Part shown: positions 6,891-15,127 of the stretch, piece after piece
Numbering within the stretch: position 1 is the first letter of the stretch
How the letters are laid out: each line of letters opens with the position of its first letter
NCBI GenBank assembly: GCA_963704755.1
Contig: OY969938.1
Location: forward strand, 2,040,001-2,072,000
Direction: 5' to 3'
Source of the DNA: an uncultured Chloroflexia bacterium
Lineage (GTDB): Bacteria; Chloroflexota; Anaerolineae; Anaerolineales; Anaerolineaceae
Length of the DNA: 32,000 nucleotides
Program-made: the position numbers and the translations under genes
The notes under the pieces: model-generated
What the model was told of the DNA's origin: nothing
Seen by the model: only the letters and a program-made list of their open reading frames with translations
The model's database searches: none

Positions 6891-7118
6891 ATGCCTTACA
6901 AAACAGTCCAAGAATTACCCGATTTAGTCAAAGACCATCTCCCCGAGCACGCCCAGGAGATATACAAAGAGGCTTTTAACAGCGCCTGGGAAGAATACAA
7001 GGATCCCGGTGAGCGCCGGGATAACGCCTCACGTGAAGAAACCGCCCACCGGGTTGCCTGGAGTGCGGTCAAAAAGGATTACGAAAAGGGGGATAACGGG
7101 AGATGGGTGAAAAAATGA
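6891..7118 (+). CDS. chaB: ChaB family protein (putative cation transport regulator)
   Basis: MPYKTVQELPDLVKDHLPEHAQEIYKEAFNSAWEEYKD...ASREETAHRVAWSAVKKDYEKGDNGRWVKK closely matches the E. coli ChaB pattern as I recall it. Strong RBS AAAGGAGG upstream. Confidence 0.9.
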   Translation: MPYKTVQELPDLVKDHLPEHAQEIYKEAFNSAWEEYKDPGERRDNASREETAHRVAWSAVKKDYEKGDNGRWVKK

Positions 7119-7540
7119 AAACGCGGAATACCTGGTTTACTCATTTTGCCCAGGCCGGCTCGCGCGCCACCGGCCATCCGTTGACATTCTTCCTGGCGCT
7201 GAGCCTGATCATTTTATGGGTCATTACCGGCCCCATTTTTCACTTCAGTGACACCTGGCAACTGGTCATTAACACCACCACGACCATTGTGACTTTCCTG
7301 ATGGTTTTTCTGATCCAAAACACCCAGAACCGCGATACCGCCGCCATGCAGGTCAAGCTGGACGAGCTAATCCGCGTGACCGAAGGCGCCCACAAAGTAC
7401 TGCTCGACCTGGAAGAGCTGGATGATGAGGAACTGGAGCATATCCGCAACAATTACGAAAAACTGGCCCGCAATGCCCGCGAAGAGTTGCGGGCCGGCAG
7501 TGTCGACACGGTTACCGAAGAAGTCGAACCAACGCCCTAA
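7103..7540 (+). CDS. Low-affinity iron permease family membrane protein (PF04120-like)
   Basis: Two TM helices followed by FLIQNTQNRDTAAMQVKLDELIR, which is characteristic of the family. An alternative start at ATG 7115 overlaps the chaB stop (ATGA). Confidence 0.8.
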   Translation: MGEKMKTRNTWFTHFAQAGSRATGHPLTFFLALSLIILWVITGPIFHFSDTWQLVINTTTTIVTFLMVFLIQNTQNRDTAAMQVKLDELIRVTEGAHKVLLDLEELDDEELEHIRNNYEKLARNAREELRAGSVDTVTEEVEPTP

Positions 7541-7578
7541 ATACTTTGTTTGTAACCGCGCAGCCTAATAGGCGAGAA

Positions 7579-7642
7579 CCCCGAGTTTGAAGTATCTGCC
7601 TGGGCTTCGCCCAGGCAGATACTTCAAACTCGGGGTGTTTTT
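7579..7642 (+). terminator. Family-C hairpin (copy 3) followed by a T-tract. Likely terminator of the chaB/permease operon
   Basis: Perfect 26-bp stem CCCCGAGTTTGAAGTATCTGCCTGGG / CCCAGGCAGATACTTCAAACTCGGGG around CTTCG, followed by TGTTTTT. Confidence 0.65.
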
Positions 7643-7794
7643 AAATCGGAGCCGGCTAGTTTTCTGTACAATTTATTCGGAGCGCTTCGGTCTTGTTATA
7701 ATCAAGGGGAGTGCAAATCATTATTCGCCGGCCTTGCACTCGGGCACACGCAGACCGCCAGGCCGGTTAAACCCTTCTGAGGTAGCCACTTTTT

Positions 7795-8712
7795 ATGCCC
7801 AAACTGTTGCGCTTAGCCCGTATGCAGTTCCTTCTGGCCAGCCTGGGATTATTCACCCTGGGCGCAGTTTGGGCGGTCCTGTCCGGCGCACCGTTGACTC
7901 CGCTGCGTCTGCTGCTGGGTTATTTGGTTATTTTCCTGGCCCACCTGTCGGTCTCCTTTAGCAACGACTACTTCGATGTCGCCATCGATGCCCTGGGCGT
8001 ACCCACCTTCATCAGCGGCGGCAGTGGGATCTTGGTCCAGCATCCGCAGCTACGCCCCACCGCTTTGCGCATCGCCATTGGCCTGACCCTGGGCTCGCTG
8101 GCTTTAGGCATCCTGGTGGTGCTGCTCTTCCCCATCCCGGCCTGGTTTCTGGCCTTTGTGGCCGCCGGCAATCTGGCCGGTTGGGCTTATTCCGCGCCCC
8201 CTCTGCGACTTTCCTACCGCGGGCTGGGCGAGATTTCGACTGCCTTTACCTCCGGTTTCCTGGTGCCGGTGATGGGTTACGTGGTCGCCCGGGGTACCCT
8301 CGACCTGAACGGCCTGTTGTTCGTGCCGCCGGCCTTGCTATTTGGGCTGGTCTTTATCCTGGCCGTAGAAATCCCCGACGAAGAGGTGGACCGGCGCGGC
8401 GGCAAGCGCACCTGGGTGGCCCGCCGCGGGCGAGTCTTCGGCTTCGCGTTGATCGGCATTCTGCTCCTGGGAATCAGCGCATATTTTTTCAGCCTGGCAC
8501 GCCCCACCCTGGCGTCCAACGGACCAAATTTCAGCCTGTTGGGGTTGGCCACACTGCCGGCTCTGCTCACAGCGGCGATCAGCCTGGTCGCCAAACCCAC
8601 CGGCCTGAAACAGGCCACTTGCCTGGCTAACTATGTCGTCGCCACAACGGCCGCCTTTTTCATTATGACGGATGGCTATTTGATCTACCTGGCAACAAAA
8701 TTAACCGGCTAG
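7795..8712 (+). CDS. UbiA-family aromatic prenyltransferase
   Basis: About 8-9 predicted TM segments and the first Asp-rich motif NDYFDVAID. The second acidic patch is EIPDEEVDRR. Confidence 0.85.
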   Translation: MPKLLRLARMQFLLASLGLFTLGAVWAVLSGAPLTPLRLLLGYLVIFLAHLSVSFSNDYFDVAIDALGVPTFISGGSGILVQHPQLRPTALRIAIGLTLGSLALGILVVLLFPIPAWFLAFVAAGNLAGWAYSAPPLRLSYRGLGEISTAFTSGFLVPVMGYVVARGTLDLNGLLFVPPALLFGLVFILAVEIPDEEVDRRGGKRTWVARRGRVFGFALIGILLLGISAYFFSLARPTLASNGPNFSLLGLATLPALLTAAISLVAKPTGLKQATCLANYVVATTAAFFIMTDGYLIYLATKLTG

Positions 8713-8745
8713 TAATTCATTTGGATATCAGTTCAGGAGCAAAAA

Positions 8746-9435
8746 ATGTCTCAACCTGAAGAGATCATCGCGGTTTATCTCGAAAATGGGAAAAAGCGGA
8801 CCTTCGCGGCCGCTATCGACTGGCCGGGCTGGTGCCGTTCCGGCAAGGATGACGAATTCGCCCTACAGGCTCTATTCGATTATGGAGCGCGCTATAAACA
8901 AGCCATCCTGCCGGCCGGGTTGAAATTTCAGACGCCTCGCGACCCGTCCAACCTGGTAGTGATCGCCCGCATAATGGGCACCGCGACCACCGACTTCGGC
9001 GCGCCGGATGCGGTTCCCGATGCCGATAGCGCTCCGCTGAACGTCGCGGACCAACAGCGGCTGCTGGCCGTGCTGGACGCGAACTGGCAAAAACTTGCCC
9101 AGGCACTGAACGCCGGCGCCGGCCACGAGTTGAGCAAGGGCCCGCGTGGGGGTGGTCGCGGACTGGAAAGCATTGGCTGGCACGTGCTGTCCAGTTGCGA
9201 TGGCTATCTCTCGAAGTTGGGCTGGAAGCACCGCACCGATACCGGCGCGCAGATCTTCTCCGAATTGAACCGTTCGCAGCAGGCCGTTGAGGCCGCGCTC
9301 AATGCCTCGTTGGCCGGTGAGCTGCCCACCCGCGGGCCGCGGGGCGGGGAGTATTGGCCGCCGCGTTATTTCGTCCGTCGGCTGGCCTGGCACATCCTCG
9401 ACCACGCCTGGGAAATCGAGGATAGAATCCTTTAA
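8746..9435 (+). CDS. Hypothetical protein. A DinB-like C-terminal helix bundle is suspected
   Basis: RBS AGGAG upstream. The duplicated PRGGG..W-H-(V/I)L pattern and the C-terminal WHILDHAWEIEDR resemble DinB/YfiT-like proteins. Weak. Confidence 0.6.
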   Translation: MSQPEEIIAVYLENGKKRTFAAAIDWPGWCRSGKDDEFALQALFDYGARYKQAILPAGLKFQTPRDPSNLVVIARIMGTATTDFGAPDAVPDADSAPLNVADQQRLLAVLDANWQKLAQALNAGAGHELSKGPRGGGRGLESIGWHVLSSCDGYLSKLGWKHRTDTGAQIFSELNRSQQAVEAALNASLAGELPTRGPRGGEYWPPRYFVRRLAWHILDHAWEIEDRIL

Positions 9436-9455
9436 GAATTTATCTGAAAATTGCC

Positions 9456-9502
9456 CTAGGGGTTTGTTTTGTGAGGCGAAGCCTCACAAAACAAACCCCT
9501 AG
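9456..9502. repeat. Family-C hairpin, copy 4, with the apex in the opposite orientation (GCGAAGC)
   Basis: CTAGGGGTTTGTTTTGTGAGGC-GAA-GCCTCACAAAACAAACCCCTAG, a perfect stem. Confidence 0.9.
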
Positions 9503-9786
9503 AATTATTTTTCGAACAGAAATTTATCTGAAAACACCTTTTTTGAAACCCAGACCATTCAATTCCGTATACTTTTTTACTAGTTAACTTCTCATTTTCT
9601 TCAATAAATCCATAAAAGTAGGCCCGTCGTGACCGGCTCTTAAAACGCCCCAGGCACATGAGCCTGCTTTACGGTTATCCCTGTCGATCCATCAAACCCC
9701 TTTATTCGTTTTGCCCGATATCGTACAGCGGGTGAGGCAAACAGGCGGTTTGTGTTTTTGTGTTTCATATCTTCTGGAGATCTCGA

Positions 9787-11307
9787 ATGACGATTGAAAA
9801 TACTCAAAACCCTCATATGATCATTATTGGCGCCGGTATTGCCGGCCTATCCACCGGCATTTACGCCCAAATGAATGGCTACAAGAGCCGGATCTATGAA
9901 ATGCACACCCAGCCCGGCGGTTTAATGACCGCCTGGAAGCGCAAGGGCTACACCATCGACGGCTGTATCCACTGGCTGACCGGCTCGAGCAAGGATCGTT
10001 ACCCGCAATATTACCGCTGGTGGGAAGAGATCGGCCTGATCCAGGGACGCGATATTTTCGACCCCGATGTGTTTGTGCGCATCGAGGGAGCAGATGGCAA
10101 AGTTTTGAACCTGTACGCCAACATCGACCGCCTGGAACAGCACCTGCTCGAACTGGCCCCGGAAGACGCCAGCCTGATCAAACAAATGTGCCAATCGATC
10201 CGGGTCTTTACCAATACTCACATGGCGCCGCCCAAAAATATTTTCGAGCGGATCTGGAATCCGATCCGCATGGTGCCGGTCATGCCGCACATGATGAAGT
10301 GGGGCAAGCTGAACATGAAGGATTTTGCCGGCAAGTTCACCAACCCCTTCCTGCACCGCTGTTTTTCCAATCTGTGGTTCCCGGAGATGACGGCCATGGG
10401 CCTGTTCTTCACCCTGGCCATGCTGCACAACCGAGGCGCCGGCTATACCCTGGGCGGGTCCTTGCCCATGGCTTACGCCGTGGAAAAACGCTATACCGAC
10501 CTGGGCGGTGAGATCCACTACAACACCCGCGTCAAAAGAATCCTGGTCGAAAACGACCGGGCCGTGGGTGTCGAGCTGGAAGATGGCTCCGTCGAGCGGG
10601 CCGATGTGGTCGTTTCGGCCGCCGATGGCTACACCACGCTGTTCCACATGCTGGAAGAGCGCTACATCACGGACGACTTCCGCAAGCAGTACGACGGCAG
10701 CCAGTTGATCTTCCCACCCGTGCTGTACATCGGCCTGGGCATCAATCGCACCTTCGACGACCTGCCGGCCTGCACCGGCGGTATTGCCATGGAGCTCGAT
10801 GAACCGGTTATAGCCGCCGGAGAGGCGGTCAAGCGCCTGGATGCGATGATCTATAACTTCGACCCGGCCCTGGCGCCGGCCGGCAAGACCGCCATGAACG
10901 TGATGCTGCCCACCAGCTACACCTATTGGAAAGAGCTCTACGGCGACGGCTCCAACCGCGAGGAATACGACGCCGAGAAACAGAAAGTGGCCCTGCAAGT
11001 TATCCAGCGCCTGGGGCAGCGCTTCCCGGGTTTGGAAGACCAGGTGGAAATGGCCGACGTGGCCACCCCGGTCACCTTCGAGCGTTACACCGGCAACTGG
11101 CAGGGCAGCTTCGAGGGTTGGATCCCCACCCCGCAGAACGTAATGAAGCCCCTGCCCAAAACCCTGCCCGGCCTGAACGAATTCTATATGGTCGGCCAGT
11201 GGGTCCAGCCCGGCGGCGGCCTGCCCTCGGGTGTCATGACCGGCCAGGAAGTGATCAAGCAAATGTGCAAGAAGGACGGTAAGAAGTTCGTGACAACCAT
11301 TGAATAG
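9787..11307 (+). CDS. FAD/NAD(P)-dependent oxidoreductase of the phytoene desaturase (CrtI-like) family
   Basis: N-terminal dinucleotide-binding motif IIIGAGIAGLSTG...E.....GG. Length is about 506 aa. GGAGA RBS lies 8 nt upstream of ATG 9787. Confidence 0.85.
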   Translation: MTIENTQNPHMIIIGAGIAGLSTGIYAQMNGYKSRIYEMHTQPGGLMTAWKRKGYTIDGCIHWLTGSSKDRYPQYYRWWEEIGLIQGRDIFDPDVFVRIEGADGKVLNLYANIDRLEQHLLELAPEDASLIKQMCQSIRVFTNTHMAPPKNIFERIWNPIRMVPVMPHMMKWGKLNMKDFAGKFTNPFLHRCFSNLWFPEMTAMGLFFTLAMLHNRGAGYTLGGSLPMAYAVEKRYTDLGGEIHYNTRVKRILVENDRAVGVELEDGSVERADVVVSAADGYTTLFHMLEERYITDDFRKQYDGSQLIFPPVLYIGLGINRTFDDLPACTGGIAMELDEPVIAAGEAVKRLDAMIYNFDPALAPAGKTAMNVMLPTSYTYWKELYGDGSNREEYDAEKQKVALQVIQRLGQRFPGLEDQVEMADVATPVTFERYTGNWQGSFEGWIPTPQNVMKPLPKTLPGLNEFYMVGQWVQPGGGLPSGVMTGQEVIKQMCKKDGKKFVTTIE

Positions 11308-11568
11308 CTTTTAGGGCAATTTCTGCATTTGCAGTGGCAAAGCCACCGAAACAGGCGTTCTTTGAAAACAGAGAAACAATAGCCGGTGGCTTCGCCATTA
11401 CGCCAATCCATTAAGATCGCAACTTTCAAAAGGGAGAAATAGTGGGAAAATTTGCAATCCTGACAGGTCCAGCATTGGCCCTGTAAATAGGTAAGAAAAG
11501 TTTATCCAAGTGGAGCTGGATGATTTAACATGAGAAGATTTATTCTTCTTTTGTCATAAGAGGTTTTA

Positions 11569-11577
11569 TGCTATAGT
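11569..11577 (+). promoter_or_regulatory. Extended -10 promoter of cassette 1
   Basis: TGCTATAGT. The identical 21-nt block TTATGCTATAGTATTCTTA recurs upstream of the paralogue at 17680. Confidence 0.55.
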
Positions 11578-11622
11578 ATTCTTATTGGTGAAACAATAGA
11601 TCCAGGATTTGGGGGAAAGAAA

Positions 11623-13020
11623 ATGACAATTTTCCAATTAAACTGTCATCCAGAAGAATTGTTTCAATTACAAGAAATCAATCCGGAATTATACACTGCG
11701 CTCATCAGCAAAGATCAACTCATTGAAATCCTATACGGTAAGCCACCCTACAATGTGGTGATCGGTGTTCCTCACCAAGCGGCAATAGGTGTCAAGTCCA
11801 TTGCAGAAAACGGTCGTGAGCGTGCTTCCGATGAAGGGGCTGCGTTTTATGCCCTTGTTGCGTTTTTGAGGCTTAAAGAGCAACAAATTCCATGCAAAAT
11901 CGTTATTTCCGCTCATGATACTCAATTAGACCCTAATAAAGACTCGAATAGTTCTTATTGGAAATCCATTTTTGCTAATGAGATGAAATTATTATTGGAG
12001 TGTCATGGCGCAAAAAAGGACGTGGATAAGATCGATCTTGAAATTTCATCAGGGAAGAACACGTATAGTCATCCTCTTATTTTCGGTCGAGAGCTTGCTA
12101 AAGAAACCGGATATAAATATGGCTTAGTAGCCCAAAAAGACGTTTGTAGCAAAGACGGAATCCAGGTTGCCAAAGATGGCGAGACACCAAAATGTTTACG
12201 AAATGCAGCGATAAGAACCGCTTCATTGGTTGAAGCAAATTGTCAAAAGATTCCAGCTTTACATATTGAGGCAACTCCGAAATTCCGTATCCCGGAAGAT
12301 AACACTAATACGGTTACACACTATGGGCTTGTTCTAGGTGAGGCAATAGGCAGGGTATTAATTGCGCTATTTATATCTGAAAAGCCAAATATAAAAATAT
12401 TAAACCATTACACGAAATTGTTCTATATGCTACAAATGATCATTGAAAAGAAGATTTTCCTAACCAAACCTTGTACGTGGGAGGACAAAAACGACGTTGA
12501 AGCAATGAAACAATATCAATGTGCAGTAGGTAGAGGAAATATATATGCAATTTGCTTTGAGGGACGACGCGAAACTATCCATCACTGGAAAGCATACGCA
12601 GGTGGTGTTACAGGGTGTTGCATTGAATTTAATAAAGAAAATTTGATTAACCACTTAAAAGATCAAGATGATTCAATAAAATATGGCAATGTTAATTATT
12701 TGGAAATCAAAAAGCTAAAAGTGTCAAATTTTCACATTGATTGTCTTCCATTTATTAAACGAATTCCATATCAATTTGAACATGAATATCGGGTAATATG
12801 GGTAAATAATGGGTCAGAAGACTTATTGGTTAAAGAATTTGAACTCGATACAAACACAATTAATAAAATTACTATCAGTTATTTTATGCCATATGATGAT
12901 TATCGCATCATAAAAAATTTCGTTGACAACAAATTGGGAAGAGATGTTGTTAATCAATCAACAATTTATGAAAACGACGAATGGATTACAGAAATTAAAA
13001 GAATCGGAAATGGATACTAA
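11623..13020 (+). CDS. Uncharacterised two-domain protein: N-terminal ~250-aa FGase-like (tentative) domain plus C-terminal DUF2971-like domain
   Basis: Low-GC ORF with GGGGGAAAG RBS. N-domain blocks: VIGVPHQ, SDEGAAFYALV, AHDTQLDPNK, LLLECHG, LEISSG, LHIEATPKFRIPE. C-domain blocks: LNHYT...TWEDKNDVE, IYAICFE...HHWKAYAGGVTGCCIEFNKENL, YGNVNY, FIKRIPYQFEHEYRVIW. Confidence 0.8.
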   Translation: MTIFQLNCHPEELFQLQEINPELYTALISKDQLIEILYGKPPYNVVIGVPHQAAIGVKSIAENGRERASDEGAAFYALVAFLRLKEQQIPCKIVISAHDTQLDPNKDSNSSYWKSIFANEMKLLLECHGAKKDVDKIDLEISSGKNTYSHPLIFGRELAKETGYKYGLVAQKDVCSKDGIQVAKDGETPKCLRNAAIRTASLVEANCQKIPALHIEATPKFRIPEDNTNTVTHYGLVLGEAIGRVLIALFISEKPNIKILNHYTKLFYMLQMIIEKKIFLTKPCTWEDKNDVEAMKQYQCAVGRGNIYAICFEGRRETIHHWKAYAGGVTGCCIEFNKENLINHLKDQDDSIKYGNVNYLEIKKLKVSNFHIDCLPFIKRIPYQFEHEYRVIWVNNGSEDLLVKEFELDTNTINKITISYFMPYDDYRIIKNFVDNKLGRDVVNQSTIYENDEWITEIKRIGNGY

Positions 13021-13053
13021 AAGAATTATCTACATAAATCTTGAAACCAATAA

Positions 13054-13308
13054 CCTCCAGTCCAGCTAAAGATCCCTTCATCTCTTTTTGCATGCGTTGA
13101 AGAGCGGGATTACGCCCTGGCTATTCGCAAGAAATTAGAGGAAATCGCCATTGACCCTTTCGCCACCCATAAGAATTGCAAAAAACTACAAGGGCGACCG
13201 GGCTATCGTTTGCGGGTTGGTGATTGGCGAGTTATATATGAGATTAATCAAAATGAAGTGCTCATTATCGTTTTGAAAGTAGCACCAAGAGGCGAGGTGT
13301 ATCGATGA
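13054..13308 (+). pseudogene. RelE/ParE-family toxin remnant lacking a start codon and part of its N-terminus
   Basis: The frame reads ..IRKKLEEIAIDPFATHKNCKKLQGRPGYRLRVGDWRVIYEINQNEVLIIVLKVAPRGEVYR*. There is no ATG/GTG/TTG between the upstream stop (13051-13053) and the conserved core. Its stop overlaps the antitoxin ATG (ATGA). Confidence 0.65.
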
Positions 13309-13685
13309 ACGTTCAAATTATTAAAAATAGCGGCAAACCAGAATGGGCAGTGCTGCCTTACCAGACTTATCTTAAACTCGTCGAAAAAGCCGAAATGCTG
13401 GAAGATATTCGTGATTACGACCAGGCCAAAGCCGATCTCGAGAATGGGCGAGAGGAACTGATCCCGGCGGAGCTGATTTTCGCTATCCAGGACGGCAAGA
13501 ACCCGATTAAGGCCTGGCGCGAATATCGCAGCTTATCCCAACAAGAATTGGCCGATATGGCCGACATCAGTGTTCCTTATTTGTCTCAACTGGAAACCGG
13601 TCGCAGAAAAGGCTCGCTGGAAGTTTTGACAGAAATTGCCAAAGCGCTTAAAGTCTCGTTGGATAACCTGACACCGGCCGATTGA
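13305..13685 (+). CDS. Antitoxin-like protein with a C-terminal Xre-type HTH
   Basis: The C-terminal SQQELADMADISVPYLSQLETGRRKGSLEVLTEIAKAL is a classic HTH_3 pattern. It is positioned downstream of, and coupled to, the RelE-like frame. Confidence 0.8.
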   Translation: MNVQIIKNSGKPEWAVLPYQTYLKLVEKAEMLEDIRDYDQAKADLENGREELIPAELIFAIQDGKNPIKAWREYRSLSQQELADMADISVPYLSQLETGRRKGSLEVLTEIAKALKVSLDNLTPAD

Positions 13686-13727
13686 TTATTTTTACGGATC
13701 CACTTTTTGCTTCTTCTTCGTAACGCT

Positions 13728-13812
13728 GTAGGGTGGGTGCAGGGCTCATAAACAACGCTCGCGAACAAAGAAGTAGCCGTCCCCACCAGGGAATAGCCCG
13801 TAACCCACTATG
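13728..13812 (+). repeat. Family-A element, copy 3
   Basis: GTAGGGTGGGTGCAGGGCTCAT...GCCCGTAACCCACTAT. Confidence 0.8.
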
Positions 13813-13820
13813 ATGTCGTG

Positions 13821-13903
13821 ATGGTGGGTTACGGGCAAGGATTCGTAGATTTTGCCTGAGCGCCGGACCCCGGCGCTATAAACGAGCCCTGCACCCACCT
13901 TAC
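13821..13903 (-). repeat. Family-A element, copy 4, inverted and head-to-head with copy 3
   Basis: ATGGTGGGTTACGGGC...GAGCCCTGCACCCACCTTAC. Confidence 0.8.
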
Positions 13904-13964
13904 ACCATTTTTTTAAAAAAACTTCTCCGTGCCTCAGTATTTTATTTGTAAAGTAAGTGCCGTA

Positions 13965-14049
13965 ATGGTGCGTTCCGGGCACGCCGGTGTAGGCGAATGA
14001 CCTGATGATCCGCCGGTGCCAGAGAAGTCAGCCCTCAAACGCACCCTAC
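13965..14049 (-). repeat. Family-A variant, copy 5, with co-varying arms
   Basis: ATGGTGCGTTCCGGGC...GCCCTCAAACGCACCCTAC. GGTGCG replaces GGTGGG in both arms. Confidence 0.65.
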
Positions 14050-14070
14050 GACGAGGCGTTTTTAAAATAG

Positions 14071-14121
14071 TCTCTCTTCTTCTCTTTCCTTTCTCCGTGA
14101 ACTCCGTGCCTCCGTGGTTTT
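14071..14121 (+). repeat. Family-B element containing three CTCCGTG direct repeats
   Basis: TTCTCCGTGAACTCCGTGCCTCCGTGGTTTT (14091-14121) is identical to 18708-18738. A degenerate copy lies at 13921-13950. Confidence 0.85.
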
Positions 14122-14159
14122 ATTTGCAAAGTCAGTACCACAATGGTGAGGATTCGCTC

Positions 14160-14187
14160 TTGTAATTCCTTTGCTTTTAGCTAAAAT
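14160..14187 (+). promoter_or_regulatory. Putative promoter of the GntR gene
   Basis: TTGTAA, 16-nt spacer, TAAAAT. The ATG is 19 nt downstream of the -10, with no obvious SD. Confidence 0.45.
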
Positions 14188-14205
14188 AGGTATGACGACT
14201 ATCGT

Positions 14206-14943
14206 ATGAATACATCAACCGTAATTCGAGCCAAACCCGTCGCGCTGCAGGTAGAAGAAATCCTGCGCGAGCGCATCCGCCAGGGCGTATACCCTCCGGA
14301 CCAGCGCATACCGTCTGAAGAACACCTGGCCGCAGAGCTACAGGTCAGCCGCGCCTCGCTGCGCACGGCCCTGGCCAGCCTGGAGGCGAAGGGGTACATC
14401 CTGCGCCGGCATGGCGATGGCACCTACGTTCACTCGCACGCGCTGGAGATCAACCTTAACCCGGTGCGGGCCTGGGACATCGAGCGCCAGATCCGTGAAA
14501 GCGGCCGCACGCCTTCCCTGCGGGTCCTGGAACTGGCCCGGCGGCCGGCCACGCCAGATGAAGCCGCCCGGCTTGGGATGGCCGGCGGGGAAGAAATCCT
14601 GGCCGTGCGGCGCCTGTTCTGCGCAGACAACCAGCCGGTGGTGGTGATCTCCAATTATCTGCGCACCAGTGACCTGGCCGCCCCGGTTACCCCGCAAGCG
14701 GCCAGTCTTACTCCAATCGAGTTCCTGGAGCAATACCTGCTGCCCAAACCACGCGACGGCCAGATCCACTTCACCGCTACCCTGCCCGACCCCCAACTGG
14801 TTGAACTGCTCCAGGTCCAACCCGGCCAACCGCTGCTGAAAATGGACAGCCTCGTGTTCGATGCCGACGGCCGCCCTATCCTCCTCGAAGATGAAATCTA
14901 CCTTGGCCAGGAAGGTTTCCAGATGCATCTCGGCCTCGCCTGA
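14206..14943 (+). CDS. GntR-family transcriptional regulator, HutC subfamily (wHTH plus UTRA-like C-domain)
   Basis: The N-terminus (IPSEEHLAAELQVSRASLRTALASLEAKGYILRRHGDGTYV) is the GntR wHTH signature. The ~160-aa C-terminal domain is typical of UTRA. Confidence 0.9.
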   Translation: MNTSTVIRAKPVALQVEEILRERIRQGVYPPDQRIPSEEHLAAELQVSRASLRTALASLEAKGYILRRHGDGTYVHSHALEINLNPVRAWDIERQIRESGRTPSLRVLELARRPATPDEAARLGMAGGEEILAVRRLFCADNQPVVVISNYLRTSDLAAPVTPQAASLTPIEFLEQYLLPKPRDGQIHFTATLPDPQLVELLQVQPGQPLLKMDSLVFDADGRPILLEDEIYLGQEGFQMHLGLA

Positions 14944-14994
14944 TGCTCTTTTTAATAATTTACAAGCCATGTAATGGCTCAACTTATAAGGAGT

Positions 14995-15043
14995 GAAATT
15001 TTTATTATTTTGCGTGCTTCGCCCGCAAAATAATAAAAATTTC
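14995..15043. repeat. Family-C hairpin, copy 5, with an AT-rich stem
   Basis: GAAATTTTTATTATTTTGCG-TGCTTCGCC-CGCAAAATAATAAAAATTTC. Confidence 0.85.
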
Positions 15044-15072
15044 GTAACTGCTCAGGCAAGTGCGCAAGGCGA

Positions 15073-15127
15073 GGGTGTTTTTATTATTTTTTGTGCGCTT
15101 CGCGCACAAAAAATAATAAAAACACCC
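15073..15127. repeat. Family-C hairpin, copy 6. Its stem is paralogous to copy 5
   Basis: GGGTGTTTTTATTATTTTTTGTGCGC-TTC-GCGCACAAAAAATAATAAAAACACCC, a perfect 26-bp stem. Confidence 0.9.

Noticed and set aside
9922-11262. Long antisense ORFs inside GC-rich genes (9922-11262, 28806-30200, 20817-21518, 3097-3684, 14338-14982, 15451-15954, 16146-16712 and others)
   Set aside because: These are typical shadow ORFs of high-GC coding DNA. They are Arg/Gly/Ala/Pro-rich with no motifs, while the opposite strand encodes clearly recognisable conserved proteins.
11440-11487. 14-codon ORF (GTG GGA AAA ..., MGKFAILTGPALAL) after GGGAGA
   Set aside because: It is very short, has no terminator or promoter context and shows no visible conservation. 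It is likely a chance ORF.
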